A stretch of DNA of 64,000 nt from Blastocystis sp. Blastoise (taxonomy: Eukaryota; Protista; Bigyra: Opalinata), in the NCBI GenBank assembly GCA_039096225.1, contig JBBPEB010000026.1, forward strand, positions 496,001 to 560,000, in the 5' to 3' direction. The notes beneath the pieces are model-generated. The model was not told the origin of the DNA and ran no database searches. It worked only from the letters and a program-made list of their open reading frames with translations. The position numbers and the translations under genes are program-made. Positions 55,512 to 64,000 of the stretch are shown here, piece after piece. The first letter of the stretch is position 1; every line of letters starts with the position of its first letter.

Positions 55512-56627
55512 TTAATACATCATTTCAAAATGATTATGATCGTGATGACTTCCTTTCGGCTTCTTAATCTTCTCATAATTCTTTTGAATCTTATCATATA
55601 ACACTGTATACGTATTACGTAAATCTAATAAACCATGAGATAATGATATATATCTATATATATATATAATATAATTGATCATATATTAAGTATTCTATAA
55701 GTATATATATTATTTAGTTAAAATCCATTATAAATATATATATTGTTTTTGATCAACATAATCACAACTAACTTTAATATCATCAATATAAGGAGATTTC
55801 TGCCACTATATATATAATAATAATAATAATAAAACAACTATATATAATAATAATAATAAAACAATTATATATAATAATAATAAAACAATTAAAGATATAT
55901 ATATATATCAATCATTATTATAATTCCTCCTATATACATCTTGTATAGTTTCTCCTCTATCTGAGAAATAAGAAGATAATAACTCTAATATATGACTAGC
56001 ACTACTACGACCACTATCTAACATATCTAACATTCCACCCTATATATATATTATATATATATTATATTATAGTATATATAGTATATATATATTATATTAT
56101 AGTATATATAGTATATATATATATTATAGTATATATTATATCAATAATATATATCAATAATAATATTAGCATTATAATTTACCATCATAATCTATATATA
56201 TATATTTATAAAAAATAATATACTTGAACTTCAACTCCAAAATTATTCCCTTCTTCAATTTTTGGAATATTTAATTGAATCCAAAATCTTTATAAAAAAA
56301 AATAACAAATTATTTAAATAAGAAATATGAATAAAATAAAAGCATTTACTTTAATGAAACGCAGATCTCAAGAAAATCATAAAGTTCATTTTTAACTTGA
56401 ATTAATAATTTCATGATTTGTGGATTGCATTCTATCACAGGAGCATAAATATCAATAGGACACTCTTCATATCCATCTGTAACAGATAATAGCACTTCCT
56501 GTGTAATAGTACTCAACTTCTTGATTTTCTCTGGAAGAGTGTAATTAATGATTTCATCAGCATCTGCAACAGCTTTCTTCGAAATAGAATCGATATAACT
56601 AACAAGTTCAGGATCCACTTTGTTCAT
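55512..56627 (-). CDS. PSME3: Proteasome activator PA28 (PSME3/REG-gamma-like), 4 introns
   Basis: KFWIQLNIPKIEEGNNFGVEVQ activation loop; YFSDRG; DQKQYISL..LLDLRNTYTVLYDKIQKNYEKIKKPK; C-terminal MY. Confidence 0.93.
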
Positions 56628-57221
56628 TCTTTCTCACTCAAATAAAACTATTCAATGATAATAGAAATAAAGTATTTAAAAAAAAGAAAAGAGATGAAAA
56701 ACCATGGAAAGTCTAGAATTTACTTTTTTTATATATAACTGGCTATATATAGACTCTCAAATCACCTTTTATCCTTTTTCTTTATTCAAATAGAAGAGTA
56801 TATGTTTGATACATTTTAGAGAATTCATTAATAATATGAAAGTCAACATTTAAAGAATTAATCTTCTGTAGAAATCAGAATAAACATGATGTATATATCA
56901 TCCCATAATTTTAAAACTGTTGATTTCAGTAATAGTATTTGAATACTTTGTTAAAAGTAGTATTGTTTTATTTCAAAAAAAATAGTTTTCAGTTCTTATT
57001 TGTTTTCAGTATGCTTCAATATTATACATATTCAATAAACAAAATATCTATTTTATTCACACCATGAAATGAAAATATATAAACAAATATAGAAAATGAA
57101 AACTTTATACAATAATTAAAATTATTCTCACAGAAAATGAATATTCATGAAAATGATCATTTTTGTGTGTTTCGTTCTAACGTTATTGTCTTGTTGCTAT
57201 CGATATATAATAATATTCACA

Positions 57222-60000
<2,779 letters not shown>

Positions 60001-60933
60001 TACTGTTTATATATCTGCGAAATCAATTTTTTTCTATTTATTTAATATATATATACAAGTTTGTTTATAAGTAGTTAACATTTTATTATATATTGATATA
60101 TTCTTTTTATCTCTAAATATATTCCTTATTCTCTAATATATACAATTTAAGTGATTTCACTTTGATTTAAATATAAGTTATATTTTTTTTTAATTTATGA
60201 TATATATTTATTTATATTTTTATAATATAAAATTATATGTATTCATTTTGAAGTGTTATTTAATCTATTCATTTTGTTTAATATTACTGAAATACTATAT
60301 TAAAGCACTATATTATAATATCTGATTCTATTCAACTATAAACACTTATAAAAATATAATTAATATTTATTTATTTTCATCATAGATTCATAGATTCCTA
60401 TCTAGCTTAAGTTATTCTATAATCTACACTATATGATATCAAATAATGAATTAAAAAAACACATTTTTCATAAAATATAAGATTATTGATGTTTTCTATG
60501 TTTTAATTTTTTTAATTTATTATCCTCTTTTTAAAACATCGAAAAGTATTGATTACCAAATAAACAAAAATATTAAAGAAGCACATTTCATGAGTTTGCA
60601 GTATATACAAAATTAGACTTCTTGTCCATGTAATAACTACTAAGTAACAATGAAATTTAATAAAATTAACATTCTATGCTTTAAATATATTATGATAAAC
60701 AAAAGAAATCAGCTAAGCATTCTTAATGATTATTAATTATGAAAAATTGTTGAAAATACGATGTAAAAACAGTTTTCCCGTGATTCACATAAACACCTTA
60801 ATGTTTGTATTTTTATGAGATTAGGGAAATCATTTGTGTTTCCATCTGAGATTATTTCCTCTAATCACAATCTTATGAGATTGTTTCTATTCTTTTTTAT
60901 TAGATTCTATCAATTACTTTTAAATAACTGAAA

Positions 60934-64000
<3,067 letters not shown>

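Overview
Very AT-rich, gene-dense, intron-rich eukaryotic (protist) nuclear DNA using the standard genetic code. Blastocystis-like stramenopile affinity is inferred, not proven, from the legumain, the giant He_PIG-repeat surface protein, the minor introns and a TGTTTGTT 3' motif. Most ORF-track entries are partial exons or intronic microsatellite noise. Manual splicing gives 15 genes: STT3 (5'-truncated, with an extra C-terminal WSC-like module), LTV1, cytoplasmic dynein heavy chain, a LYR-motif protein missing from the ORF track, an AAAP amino-acid transporter, a CAMK-type kinase, ELP4, class 2 DHODH with a catalytic Cys, TMCO1, a motor-less WW-WW-MyTH4-FERM protein, a ~3550-aa type I surface protein, an intronless legumain, PA28/PSME3, an MFS transporter, and a trefoil+GH31 alpha-glucosidase (3'-truncated). 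The most striking signal is the splicing system. Of roughly 96 hand-reconstructed introns, four are clear U12-type AT-AC introns (~4%). Five or six more appear to need non-canonical ends (AT-AG x3, GT-TG, GT-AT, possibly GT-AA). Most introns are bracketed by self-complementary (TA)n tracts (GTATATA...TATATAG). Base-call or assembly errors in TA tracts remain an alternative for the non-AT-AC cases until RNA-seq is checked.
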